Below are positions 50,618 to 62,635 of a DNA stretch of 64,000 bases, piece after piece. Both the position numbers and the translations under genes were made by a program. The notes under the pieces are model-generated. The model searched no databases. It saw only the letters and a list, made by a program, of their open reading frames with translations, and was not told where the DNA came from. The stretch covers positions 13,953,739-14,017,738 of the forward strand of contig CM119271.1 in the NCBI GenBank assembly GCA_051294375.1. The letters are read 5' to 3'. Each line of letters begins with the position of its first letter. Position 1 is the first letter of the stretch. The stretch is from Paraspadella gotoi. Taxonomy: Eukaryota > Animalia > Chaetognatha.

Positions 50618-53238
50618 ATGAGGATGTCGGCGAACGAAGCCGTCAACGACGTCGTCCGCCGGTTGGACGACCTTCCCTCAGCGGACCAACCTTTCCAGGC
50701 GCTGCAGAATCTGAAGACGGCCGTTTTCGCCATCCATCCGTCGGCGTTGCAACAGGTCAGTTCTTTTTGACCGGACCTGGTTTCGAACTCGCCGATTCTA
50801 ATCTCTCGATGCTCAGGTCGTGCCCAACATTTCCTTCAACATCATTTTCGAGTTTCTCGACACCGACGATCCGGATCAGATCGAAGTTTGTTGCAGGTCA
50901 TTAGAAGGCTATTTATTTATTTACTCGGGTTTTTTTTATTAATTCAAATTATTTTTCTCCAGTTTGGTCTCCCGTCTCCTCGGCGCCCTTCCTCCTTCTT
51001 CCATCGTTTCAAACTTTTCTACGGAACTTACCCAAGGGATGAATCATCCCAACGCTCACGTTTATTCCCTCACCCTCGACTCGCTGCATCGGTGCTGCGT
51101 CGACTCCAACGCCGCCATGACGCTTGCAAGAAGACCTGATTTACTTAAGCTAATGATTAAAGGTTTTTTTTTTTAACTTCATGACCAACGAAGTTTTTGG
51201 AGAGAGAAAAAATGAAAGCTCCACAGTTTTTTTTAAAGATTTTTTGTGACCCCTCTAGTTAATTAAAAGGCTTAGTTTTAATAGGATTAAAGTTTTAAAG
51301 TACATATCCCTTTTACACTCAGGCTTGGGATCGGAAGAAGGCGAGATCTCGAAACGAGTTCGTCGATCCTTCGTCGCTTTCGGTCAACATCTTCACGGAC
51401 GCGAATCCCTACTCGCGGGTAGGTTAATTTCCGTTTAAACTTACCTTTTTTAAAACCATTTACTCCACCTTCCGCCTTCTCAAGGCGAAGCGAGCGCCGA
51501 CCTCAACCGCCTGCGTCTCTCTTCATCAACCAACCGATATCGCGTCCTGGAGACGGTGGTCGGCATCGCCGCCCACTCGGCGGCGTCGCTCGACTTTTGC
51601 GTGGCATCGGGATTCCTCGATCACCTCGTCGACGACCTCGACGACGACGACGACGTCCTCGTGCAGCTCAACTGCATCTCCCTCTTGGCGGACCTTTCCG
51701 CCTTTCCGCACGGCTTCCTGTATTTGGGTTCGTCGTTTTAATCAAGTTTCTTACTCGAATAGATTTAATAATTTCTTAACATTTTAATCCGCAGAAAAAA
51801 TCGGAACGGTGGAGCGAATGGAAACCGTTCTCCGCCAGAGCAACGACAACGGAATGGAGGCGCTTCTTTTGCCGGGGCTTCTGAAATTCTTCGGCAACCT
51901 CATGTACATCTATCCGGACCAGGTGCGCTAGATTTTTAAAGGGTGGGCCTTTCAATCGAGACTTTTTTCATTAGATTTGTGGGGCTGGTGGGAAGTTAAG
52001 ACAATTTTTAGGGTGGGACTAACAATAAGGCTTTAGTTTTAGAGAGGTGTGGCCGTGAATGCCTGACAAAGCGATTGAGGCATCGTTTAAACTTTCTCTT
52101 CACCACCCCACAACACCCCCCCAACCCTCAATCCCAGATCACGAGGAAATGGCCCCGCCTCGTCGCCCGCGTTATCTCCTCCGTCAGCGAGGGCGACCCG
52201 CTCCTTTCTGTCGCCGCCGTCGACACCATGGGCCTCGTCGGCGCCTCCGCCCGGGGAAAGGAGGCGCTGCACGCCGTCGGAGGTCCGAGTCTGAGGGCCG
52301 CCATGCAGGTTCGGGTTGGTTATTTTTAATGAGCAATTCAGTAGGTTTCGGGAGGGAAACATTAACATGAATATGGAAATTATTCCGAGTGATATCAAAT
52401 GCTGCAATGTGTAAATGACATCGATCACTCCATCTCATTTCAAATCCAATGATAAGTTTATTCCTTGGGTGGTTTTTAAATGACTGCTCTTCTATAATGG
52501 AGTCTGGCAGAAATTGTGTCATTCATTCTCATTTGAGATTGTCTTAATTTCATTCTTCCCCCAACCATTTCCCGGAAATGACAGCAACTCGGCGTCACCA
52601 TGTTTTCTTCGGCGACCGATTCCGACGTCAGGATTCGCGCCATCGAAGCCGCGGCTCATCTTCTCAAACTCCCCGTCGGCGATCAAGACGAGAATTTGCT
52701 TAATCTCACTCAGGTGAAACTTTTTGTAAACGGAGATTTGTACTCGAAATTTGTCTAATTCTGACCGAGTCTTCACATTCTACCTTTATTCTCCCAGTCT
52801 TGGTTTTCCTTTTTTTCACCACAATCGACGATGTCCGAAGTGTCGCGTCTCTGTCGTCTCCCTTTTCTCAGCGTCAGATGCGCCTCCCTCCGTCTCGTCC
52901 AAAGCCTCACGGATCAGACATGGGGTCAGCGAGAGATGTGCCAATTGCCAGGGTTTCAGGTAAAGGCGTGGACGCGGGATATGGGACTTTTCATAATGTT
53001 ATTTATTTCATTGTGTGATGTTGAATTTTATATATATCAGGAATACCTACTAAATCGCGAGACGGAAACGGAACTGGAAGGGTGGAACGCCAAGTTCGGC
53101 GTGGTGGCGGCGCTGGCGGAGTCGTCGTCGACGCGGGGCGTCTTCGGCGATCCCTACTTCGTGCGTCTCAAGGCCTACGTCGCCGAGGGGCCTGTTTATA
53201 AGAGGACTGAAGCCGAGGTGGCGACCGTTGAGTCGTAA
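50618..53238 (+). CDS. PSMD5: 26S proteasome assembly chaperone PSMD5 (S5b), ARM/HEAT repeats, about 9 exons
   Basis: DDDVLVQLNCISLLADLS, LLLPGLLKFFGNL, VAAVDTMGLVG, PGFQEYLLNRETE, and the C-terminus FGDPYFVRLKAYVAEGPVY...VES*. Confidence 0.85.
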
Positions 53239-53438
53239 AAAATCCCAGATTTTAAATTTCCGTTGAACGCCAAAATAAATTCATGATTCTATCATAAAAA
53301 TTAAGAAAAATCTACGTTTTTACTGTGATATTGTTTCAGGTACAGTTTGTTGTTTATTGAATGAAACAAAGAAAGGCCTTTTTCGTCCTGATCCGAATCC
53401 TGTTCGATAACTGTTTTTTAAAAAAAAATAAAGACAAA

Positions 53439-54317
53439 ATGGCGTCTTTCCCGGAAACGTCCCTCAGCATCCGCGATCTCGTCGGCGACGAGCTTCGCGA
53501 TCTCGCCGCCGAGTCGGAGGCCCTCGACGCGGAGATCGCCGATCTCCGCGCCCGCGTCGCCGCCGAAGAGGTCGTCGTCGAGATCCGCAAGGCACAACTC
53601 ATCGCCGGCGCCCGCGACCTCAAACTCAGGCAGCTGGAGGCCTCCGCGGCCGAGATGGAAACAATGGCCGTCGAAGAGAAACTCGCCGCCGCGTGGAAGG
53701 CGTCTTCGGAAGCGGCGGAGGTGGCGGCGTCGATGATGACGGAGGAGGCGGTTTTGAATAAAGAGGTTGATATGAAAGAGGATGCGAATGAATTAATAAA
53801 TTAATATGAAATAGGATGTGAATTGTATCGCGTATTTCTTTATCGCTCCCCTTCTCAGATCTCCTGGGTGGCAGAAGATCTGGAGCGGATCGAGGCGGAG
53901 TCGAAGGAGGAAGAGGAGCGGCGAAGGATCGAACTGGAGCGATCGAGCGAGTGGAAGGCCAAAGTGGAGGCGGAGGCGAAACTGGCGGAGATTGAGGACA
54001 AATTGGCGAAGATTGAATCGGGGGCGACGGGTTTGTTTTTGTTGTTTCCTCGTTTCCGTTGAGATATTAATCAGTTCAATATTAATTAAAGTGTAATACG
54101 TTATCGATTTTATAATTAAAATCGTTCCGTCGTTTCCCCTTTCGCAGTCGAACCCTCTCTCTCTCCCGAGACGATCGAGCGAATGGAGACAGAGACGCGA
54201 GTTATGGCGAAGAAGAACGAAGCCTATCTCCGCCGAATGCGATCCGCGTTGAAGGATCTCGACGCTCAGGCCACGATCCTCTCTAACAAGATCGAAAGAA
54301 TGAGGAGGAACGACTGA
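53439..54317 (+). CDS. Unknown coiled-coil protein of about 220 aa; 3 exons (53439-53765, 53859-54030, 54148-54317)
   Basis: GC-rich coding-like exons with canonical GT-AG joins. The E/A/L/K-rich heptad pattern suggests a coiled coil. AATAAA follows at 54339. Confidence 0.7.
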
Positions 54318-54476
54318 GACGATGCCTTCTCGGACTGGAATAAAAATTGATGAGACGGAGAAAGATACATTTTGAAGTCGTTTTTGTTATTTCAAACTCC
54401 TTTGTTCGTGTTGTATGCTTATATTTATATATACCATGTTTGTTCACTTTCAAGTCATACATTTTCCCCTCATATC

Positions 54477-57400
54477 ATGGATCTGACAAAATTCGCCGAA
54501 GACGATTTCGACGCCACCGAATGGATTAACGCTACCTTCGCCGCTTTTCTCCCACCTGGCGGCGGCGGCGGCGGCACCGAGGCATCTTCGAAATTTAGTG
54601 GCAGCGCCGGTCCGTCTCCGGCGGAACAGATGTCGGCGACCGCGATCACGAAGCTGCAGATGTCCATCCAAGAGACGAGCGCCTCGCTCGACGATGCTTG
54701 TCAACAGATGCTGCAGAGCGTGCCGAGGATTCTGCGAGAGTTGGAGGCCGTGCAACAGGAGAGCAAAATATTGCAAGATCAGATGAAGTTGGTCAAGGAC
54801 GACATTCAAAAGGTGGAGCAAGAAACTGCGCATTCCATGGAGCAACTCTTGGCACTGGACACTGTAAAAGGTCTGCTATTTGGTCTCTGAATGGGAGAAA
54901 TGTTAATTATTGTTATAATTATAATTATTGTTACTGTCAAGGTCGTGTCCTTGAGGCCTCGTCAGCCCTAAAGGAGGCAGATAACTGGACGACACTTACC
55001 TCGGACGTGGACGCCGTCTTCGACTCGGGCGACCTTCAGGCGATTCGACTCAAGGTCGTCGGGATGCAGCAGAGTCTCGAGATGCTCAAAGACGTTCCAG
55101 ACTACGAGGAGCGGCATGCCCTGCTGGAGTCGCTTAAGTGGGTCGTTGCCCCGTGAGGGGATGAGGGGTATTAAATGACCTTCAGAGATTCATTGGAGTC
55201 TTTCGTCAATAGGGATCGCGTAGAGGCTCTAATGTCGCCGTTGGTGGTGGCGGCGTTAAGCGCGGAATCCGTGGAGACGGTGCAGACGCACGTGGAAGTC
55301 TTCAAGGACATCAGACGAGTAGAAACCATTTCCAAGCGATATCAGGAATGCCAAAAAGCTAAACTGTTGCAGCAGTGGAAAGGTTTTCCATCATTGGAAG
55401 GAACTGGATTAAATCTTATCAATTTTATTAATCTCTTTTAAATTTTGCCCCCAGAATTCAGCGAGTCGGCTTCCGTCTCATCCGAAGACAAGACCATCGA
55501 TCGTCTCCCCGTCCTCTTCAACGACATCCTCCTTCCCTCTTGGTATTCGCAGCTCAAATGGTGCGGCATCGTATTTGGCCCCACCGAATCTCCCGCCTTA
55601 ACGTCTCAAGGTAAATGGGAGAGACTGGAGAGAGAGTGTCGTGTCTTTATAAGAAAAAATAGTCAAGTTATTTAATTGTTTTTTTGTTTTTTCTCGATAT
55701 GTCTCAGTGATCGTATCGACTCTCGCTGAACTCGTGCCTTCCATGTCCTCCATTCTTTCCCTCATCGTCAAAGAAAACGACGAAGATCCCGTCGCCTCCC
55801 TAATTCAGTCCAAGAGGATTTCAGAAGGTAAAGTATTCTTTTCTTTCTCTTAAGTTCCTCATTTTGTTTCCTGTTCATTACTTACCCTCTTTGCCTCTCC
55901 CTAGGCTTCTGCCAACGTCTCATCTCCGACCTCTCTTCCTCCTCTTCCTCACCATCCCTCCTACCCCCTATCCTCCACGCCGTCTTCGAGCCCTACTTTT
56001 CCCACGCGGCGTCGTTCGGCGACTACGCGCGACGCCGTCTCCTCCGGCGCCTTGACGCCGTTCCGCTGTCGCACGCGGACGAGGTGGACGCGGCGCGTCT
56101 CTTGGCCGATTCCATCGGAAAAGTGGTGGCGTTGATGGAGGAAGGTAAATGACTGTTTTGAAATAACCTCCGTTCCTTAAGCTTTGGACGACAATCTTAT
56201 ATAATTTAATTAAATTAAATTAAAATTTGTACCTGCTACAATATGCAAATGAGATTGTGGCACTTAACAACTTCCTTCCAGCTATGGAGCGGTGCGTCTC
56301 CTTCACCGCCGGCCTCCATCTCCCCGGCCTCCAGTCGGCCGTCGAATCCGCGATAGAGACCTACGTGGCCGATCTCGACCGCGTCCTCTCCAACTTGAAA
56401 GCACGACGCGTTCGGAGGACGGGGAAGACGGACGCCGCCGGCATCGTCGACGTCGATTGGGACGAGTTTCAACAAGCGCTTAGGTTAGGGGGAGTGAGGA
56501 GAAAGGCCGTTTATTTACATGGAGATAACTGTGATAGATTTCCATGACTCATCCCCGACAGAATCGTTCACATTTCCGGCGAAGTCATCCTTAAGATGGA
56601 AGAATTGAATGAGAAGCTGACGGCGACGACGCTGGCGAGACTCAAAAAGCTCGAGCTCGACGCCGCCGGCCCGAGACTCGACGTCGCCGGGGAAAGAATC
56701 GGCGCCGCTTTGCGTTTGTCTTGGGCAAAGAAAGGCGCCGGAACCGCGAGTGGGGTATTGGTGGGAAGGGGGGGCGCGGGGGGGGGAGGTCGAAAATGAA
56801 ATGGGAATTAATTATTTTTTTTCTTTCAGACCAACCCACTTTCCGCCCTCGCGCGCATGCGCGACTCGTTGACCGAAGACGACGCTACTTTTCTCGGCGC
56901 TCAGACTTTGGCCTCTGTCCGCGCCCTCGCCAAGTCAGCCCACAGGATAGCCTTCCACATCGTCTTCGAGCCTCTCGAGGTGCGAAACCGGTTGTCGGAA
57001 AAGTTGGTTTTATTAAAATTTCACTTTTATCGATTCGAGTTATGATCATAAAAAGTAGCTAATGATAAGCCAAAAGCTTTTCTCTTTACATTCAACGGCC
57101 CAGGCTTACCTCGGAGTCAAGTTGAGTCTCGCCGAAGGTGAGAGCGTTACGGGTGAGGCGTTGCCCTCCTTCGCCGAGTCAGAGTACATCACCGAAGTCG
57201 GCCATTATCTCATGACGGGTAAGTTTGTTCGCTCTCCTGGTTGTTGGTTTTATACTATAATTTATAGTATTATAATATTTAGTCATTGTCTCAACTTTAT
57301 CATAACTTCCTTTTCGCTCTCGTCCAGTCCCACAACAACTTGAACCCTTCGTCGGGGGATCGGAAGAGGACGCGGCGATGAGGACGGCCGTCCGATGGGG

Positions 57401-57593
57401 TCCCCTCGACTCATCCTCCAACTCGTCAAATCTCTTGGTCGGTCACTCCCCCGCCTCCACCTCATCGTCGACCGAGTTCGATCTGGCGTCCTATTGGCTC
57501 GACGCCATATCCCGCTCCTTCACCGATCTCTATCTCCGCCGAGTCCTTGAACTGCCCTCGCTGACGCCTCGCGCCGTCAAGCAGCTCGTCCTC
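54477..57593 (+). CDS. COG7: Conserved oligomeric Golgi subunit 7; 3' end lost in the N gap
   Basis: MDLTKFAEDDFDATEWINATF, KLQMSIQE...LQSVPRILRELEAVQQE, ALKEADNWTTL, EYITEVGHYLMT|VPQQLEPF and WLDAISR...AVKQL. Confidence 0.9.
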
Positions 57594-58559
57594 NNNNNNN
57601 NNNNNNNNNNNNNNNNNNNNNNNNNNNNNNNNNNNNNNNNNNNNNNNNNNNNNNNNNNNNNNNNNNNNNNNNNNNNNNNNNNNNNNNNNNNNNGTCTGAG
57701 AGAGCTCTCTCGATCGGCGAAAAGCGTAAGAGCTCTTGATCAATCCAATCAAGTCTCTTGATTAGCGTTTTCCTTCAATCAGACAATTTAGAGACGTCAC
57801 CGAAATATCTGATTTGACGCTATCAAGTGTTGTTAATACTCTTTGCTTCCGAGTTGTTCTTACCTGCATCCAAGAAACTAGACATACTTTTTAAATATAA
57901 TTTTAGTATTACATATTTTATATACTGTATAGTGTATAATGTATATACTGTATTATATGAAGTCTTTGATCAATAAATTCAATCCAAATTACAATATAAT
58001 TAATTCTTGTAAAGATTCGTTGGATTGTCGAAAAATTTAATCATTAGCTCAATTTCGTTCAATAATTTAACCCAATCGTCAAGAAATCCAGGTCGTCATT
58101 TTTTTTTCATTTGATCTTCTTTTTATTTAATCTGGTCGTCAATTTTATTTTTATGCAGTCGTCAATCTCTTTGAATGAACGAATCGAAGTTGATTTAATG
58201 AATAAATTGAATTTAAATGTATAAATTCAATAAATGGACACTGTATAATATATCATTTCTCAGTTTATAGTATCAATTTAAATCATTGATCAATTCCATC
58301 CGATCGTCATTTTTTCAATCAAATCCGGTCGTCAGTCTTAAGTAAATCCTAGAAGGTCTTGTCACGATCTCATCAACTTGTCACGAGTTCGTCGTTTCAA
58401 GGTCGGCGTTATGAAAGGTTCGTGTCCCTAGTCGCCGCTGCCGCCGCAGCCGCCGCAGCCGAAGCCGAAGCCGCCTCCGTTTCCTCAAACGGTCAGCCTC
58501 GAGCGACGTTGCCATTGACGACAAGAAGCAGGGAAAAAAATGGCAATCAGAAGGTCGGG

Positions 58560-61500
58560 TCAATGAGGGTCAGAGGAAAGGAGGCTGAGGGTGGTAAGGT
58601 GGGAAGGAGGTGGAGGGGTGGAGGGTGGTTTATGGGGTGAGGGAGAAGTGAAAAAGTGGTTAGGACATTGAGAAGAGGGAATAAACTGGAGGGGGGAAAG
58701 AATTATATGGGGAATGAAATATGGCCGGTCGTTTGAGGATAAAGGTGAGAGGATGTGAGAGAGAGAGAGAGGAGACGAGAGAGAGAGAGAGATGAGAGAG
58801 AGAGGAAGAGAGAGAGAGAGAGGAGAGAGCAGAGAGAGAGAGAGAGAGGAGAGGAATCGCAAAGTAAATGAAATGCAGCACAAGAAGAACGAAAGCCGAG
58901 GAAAAAACACTCGGGCTAAAAAAAAAAAGAACATAAAGATAACTTGTTTCCTCAGAAAAAAACAGAAAGAAAAAAAAAGAAAGATAAGATATTTCGGAAA
59001 GTAAAAAGGTCAAGACTCTTTTTTTCTTTTTTCTTTCTTTTTCTTGTGTCCGAGAAAAAAAATATCGAAAAAAAAAACGGATGGAGACTCGAGACGATGA
59101 AGAAAATGGACAAAAATGGACAAAATGGTGATAACCTCTTTCCCTTTTTTGTCTACGAGATGACAGGAGGATATGGCCATAACAGTTGGAGGGGAGAAGA
59201 AGGGAGAGGGGGAGGGGAAAAGAGGGGGAGAACGGTGAAAGAAAGGGCGCGTGATGTTGTGAACGTGAATGATTTTGTTCCTTTCTTATCGATTTGCTTT
59301 ATTTCTTTTTGCGCTCGTGTTTTTATCATTTCTCGTTACTCGTCTTGAATTTTTTCATGTCGCTCTTTGACTTTTCTCCTCTCTCGTCATCTCCTCTCCT
59401 TCTCTAATTCTCCGTCTCCGTCTCTCTCTCTCTCTCACCTCTCTCTCCGTTTTCCGTCTCTCATCTCTCCTCTCTCGCCTCCACACCATCGTCTCTCTCT
59501 TCCCTCATGGTTAATAAAGTCCGTAACAACATTCAAATCAAATCTCACCGGTCTCTCTCTCCCATCTGCAAAGTCGTAGAGTGGTATATATTCCTGCCTA
59601 TCCTTTCTCTTTTTCTCATTTACCATCCCCCCTCTGCGGTGTTCCTCTCTTTTCCTTTCCTCACCTCGTCCTCCTCTAGTCCTCTATTTATGTTTCCCTC
59701 TCCATTACTCTTTTCCTCTCCTTTACTTCCCCTTCCTTTCCTTTCCTCCCCTCTTCCTCTTCCTTTCCTTCTCCTTTTCCCTCTCTTTCCCTTTCCTTCC
59801 TCATTCTTCTTCCGCTCTTCCCTAAATGAAAACATTTCAACGGAATCTTCGCGCGCGTGATGAAAGAAATCCTCCAAGGAGAGGAAGAAAAAGAAAAAAA
59901 AGAGCTTGACTAAGGTCTCACATCGCTCGCAGAGACGAAAACATAATCATCTCTCTCTCTCCTCTCATCGTACTATATGCATCACTCCTCTTCTATCTCT
60001 TCTACGATCATCAAGCCCTCGGTTCTCTCAACTCGTCGTCTCTCATCACTTCGCATGTCACGTCTTCTCCTCAGAACCCATCNNNNNNNNNNNNNNNNNN
60101 NNNNNNNAGAGAGAGAGAGAGGTAAACAGTGAAAAATAGTTGTGGTGCCATCTCTCGGATGATGAATCGACTTTATGTTCGTCCAGAGGGAATTTTNNNN
60201 NNNNNNNNNNNNNNNNNNNNNNNNNNNNNNNNNNNNNNNNNNNNNNNNNNNNNNNNNNNNNNNNNNNNNNNNNNNNNNNNNNNNNNNNNNNNNNNNNNNN
60301 NNNNNNNNNNNNNNNNNNNNNNNNNNNNNNNNNNNNNNNNNNNNNNNNNNNNNNNNNNNNNNNNNNNNNNNNNNNNNNNNNNNNNNNNNNNNNNNNNNNN
60401 NNNNNNNNNNNNNNNNNNNNNNNNNNNNNNNNNNNNNNNNNNNNNNNNNNNNNNNNNNNNNNNNNNNNNNNNNNNNNNNNNNNNNNNNNNNNNNNNNTCG
60501 AGTTCAGTGACGCCGCGTGGATCCGGCGCTCTTTTTTCAAAGTCCGGCGCCGGCAACGCCCCCGAGAAAGAGGACGCCGGGATCGGAGATAAAAACGGCG
60601 CCGGCTGCAGAAACCGGCAGATCAATCAATAAAATCTTCGTGTGAGAGAATATCGAATATCTTGTCATTGTTTTACCTTTATCTGTCATTTCGTAACACT
60701 TTTATGACAATTCTAATTTCCAATCACTAAATTTATTTTGCTCNNNNNNNNNNNNNNNNNNNNNNNNNNNNNNNNNNNNNNNNNNNNNNNNNNNNNNNNN
60801 NNNNNNNNNNNNNNNNNNNNNNNNNNNNNNNNNNNNNNNNNNNNNNNNNNNNNNNNNNNNNNNNNNNNNNNNNNNNNNNNNNNNNNNNNNNNNNNNNNNN
60901 NNNNNNNNNNNNNNNNNNNNNNNNNNNNNNNNNNNNNNNNNNNNNNNNNNNNNNNNNNNNNNNNNNNNNNNNNNNNNNNNNNNNNNNAAAATCAATAAAA
61001 TCCCTAAAAAAACATTTTCCCTCTTTAACTCGATGTAAAAAAAAAACTCATTCCATTGTTCATCTTCTTGTCAACGAAGTCGTTAATAAAAACAATTTGT
61101 TTCTTTCTTTTGTGAAAAAAAAAACAAGTTTTTCTTTTTCGACTTTTTTTTTCTTTTTTTTTCTCTCACGATTCATCGTGTCACAATTTGCTGAGATTAA
61201 CGTCACGAAGTCGACGAGAAAAATCACAAAAGATTCACAAAGGAGTCGATTGTTCGCAGTCGCTTTTCACAATCGATCGGTGATTGTTGTCGTCGGTTGT
61301 TATTGTTGTTGTTGTTGTTGTTGTTGTTGTTTTTTGTTTTTTTTCTAGTTGTCGAAGGCTTCACATTCATTGCCAGACTTCCGTTGAATGCGTCAAAGTT
61401 GTGAGCTTCGTCGTCCATAACGATGATCGATAATTAATTATTAAAAATTATTAATTTATTAATTAATTTAATTAATTTATTAATTAATTATTAAAAATTG

Positions 61501-62070
61501 TTAATTTAGCCTTTTTCCGGAAATTCCGAGATTACGCCTCAATGGTGCTCTTGGTTTTTAAGTAACGAAACTTTAAATATCATAATCACTGTCAGTAAAT
61601 TGTCTTCGGCATCGTCGTCTTTGTCAAAATTACTGTTTCGATGGTCCGTGTCATCGTTGTCTCCGACGTCGTCGTCGTTGTCGTCGTCGTCATCGTTGTC
61701 TCTGTCGTCGTCGTCGTCGTCGTCGTCTTTATCGTCACGCGACGAGGCGCTTTTGGTGAAAACATTAAAATAACAGAAGGGAAAAAAATCGGTGGTTTGG
61801 AGGAAGAGAGGGAGAAGGGGAGGGGAGGGAGAGAGGGTAGGAAATGGGGAGAGAGGGGAGGAAGAGGAAGATAAGGGAAGAAGAGGAAGAGAGGAAAGAT
61901 AAGGAGGGGAGTAGGAGGGAGAGAGAGAGGGAAAGGAAGAAGAAAAGAGGGGGAAAGAGAGAGAGATGAGGGAGAGAGGGAAGAAAGAGGGAGAGAGGAG
62001 GAAAGAGAGACGAGGGAGAGGGAGAGAAAGAAGAGGAAGAGGGAGAAGAAGAGAGGAATCAAAATGGGTA
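58560..62070. repeat. Low-complexity zone: polypurine/polypyrimidine tracts, (TTG)n at ~61302-61330 and (GTC)n at ~61640-61730, broken by N gaps
   Basis: Read directly from the sequence. ORFs here are low-complexity artefacts. Confidence 0.85.
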
Positions 62071-62635
62071 AGTTGCTTGATCGGTTGGGCAAGTGGGGTA
62101 AGGCGATGTGGTTATTTTCCCGCGCTCGACGTCCGCGCGTTTAGNNNNNNNNNNNNNNNNNNNNNNNNNNNNNNNNNNNNNNNNNNNNNNNNNNNNNNNN
62201 NNNNNNNNNNNNNNNNNNNNNNNNNNNNNNNNNNNNNNNNNNNNNNNNNNNNNNNNNNNNNNNNNNNNNNNNNNNNNNNNNNNNNNNNNNNNNNNNNNNN
62301 NNNNNNNNNNNNNNNNNNNNNNNNNNNNNNNNNNNNNNNNNNNNNNNNNNNNNNNNNNNNNNNNNNNNNNNNNNNNNNNNNNNNNNNNNNNNNNNNNNNN
62401 NNNNNNNNNNNNNNNNNNNNNNNNNNNNNNNNAGAGAGAGACGATAAATAATAAGGACAGGAGGAGAAGCTAAAAAGAAGGGCGAGGTAAAGGGAATAAA
62501 GTATTACGACGTCGACGAAACGCGTCATTAAATGTCATGTCATTAAATATTGTCATTAAAACATATCATTAAATCTCTCAAAGCAAAAAAAAACCTGTCC
62601 ACGATTTTTTTCCGCTGATTTTATGGTCGAAGAAG

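Noticed and set aside
7216-57330. Stop-codon reassignment or frameshifting to explain fragmented ORFs
   Set aside because: The breaks I traced are all explained by ordinary introns under the standard code.
1881-57465. Many minus-strand ORFs (e.g. 21519-22478, 6094-6771, 48059-48802)
   Set aside because: They are antisense shadows of GC-rich + strand exons, with no recognisable domains or independent splice structure.
57694-57761. COG7 continuation after the gap (LRELSRSAKSVRALDQ)
   Set aside because: The gap length is arbitrary, so the frame is unknown, and there is no convincing similarity to the COG7 C-terminus.
57864-57877. Minus-strand 14-nt microexon (AG|TTTCTTGGATGCAG|GTAAG)
   Set aside because: No partner exons are visible; it is likely a chance match.
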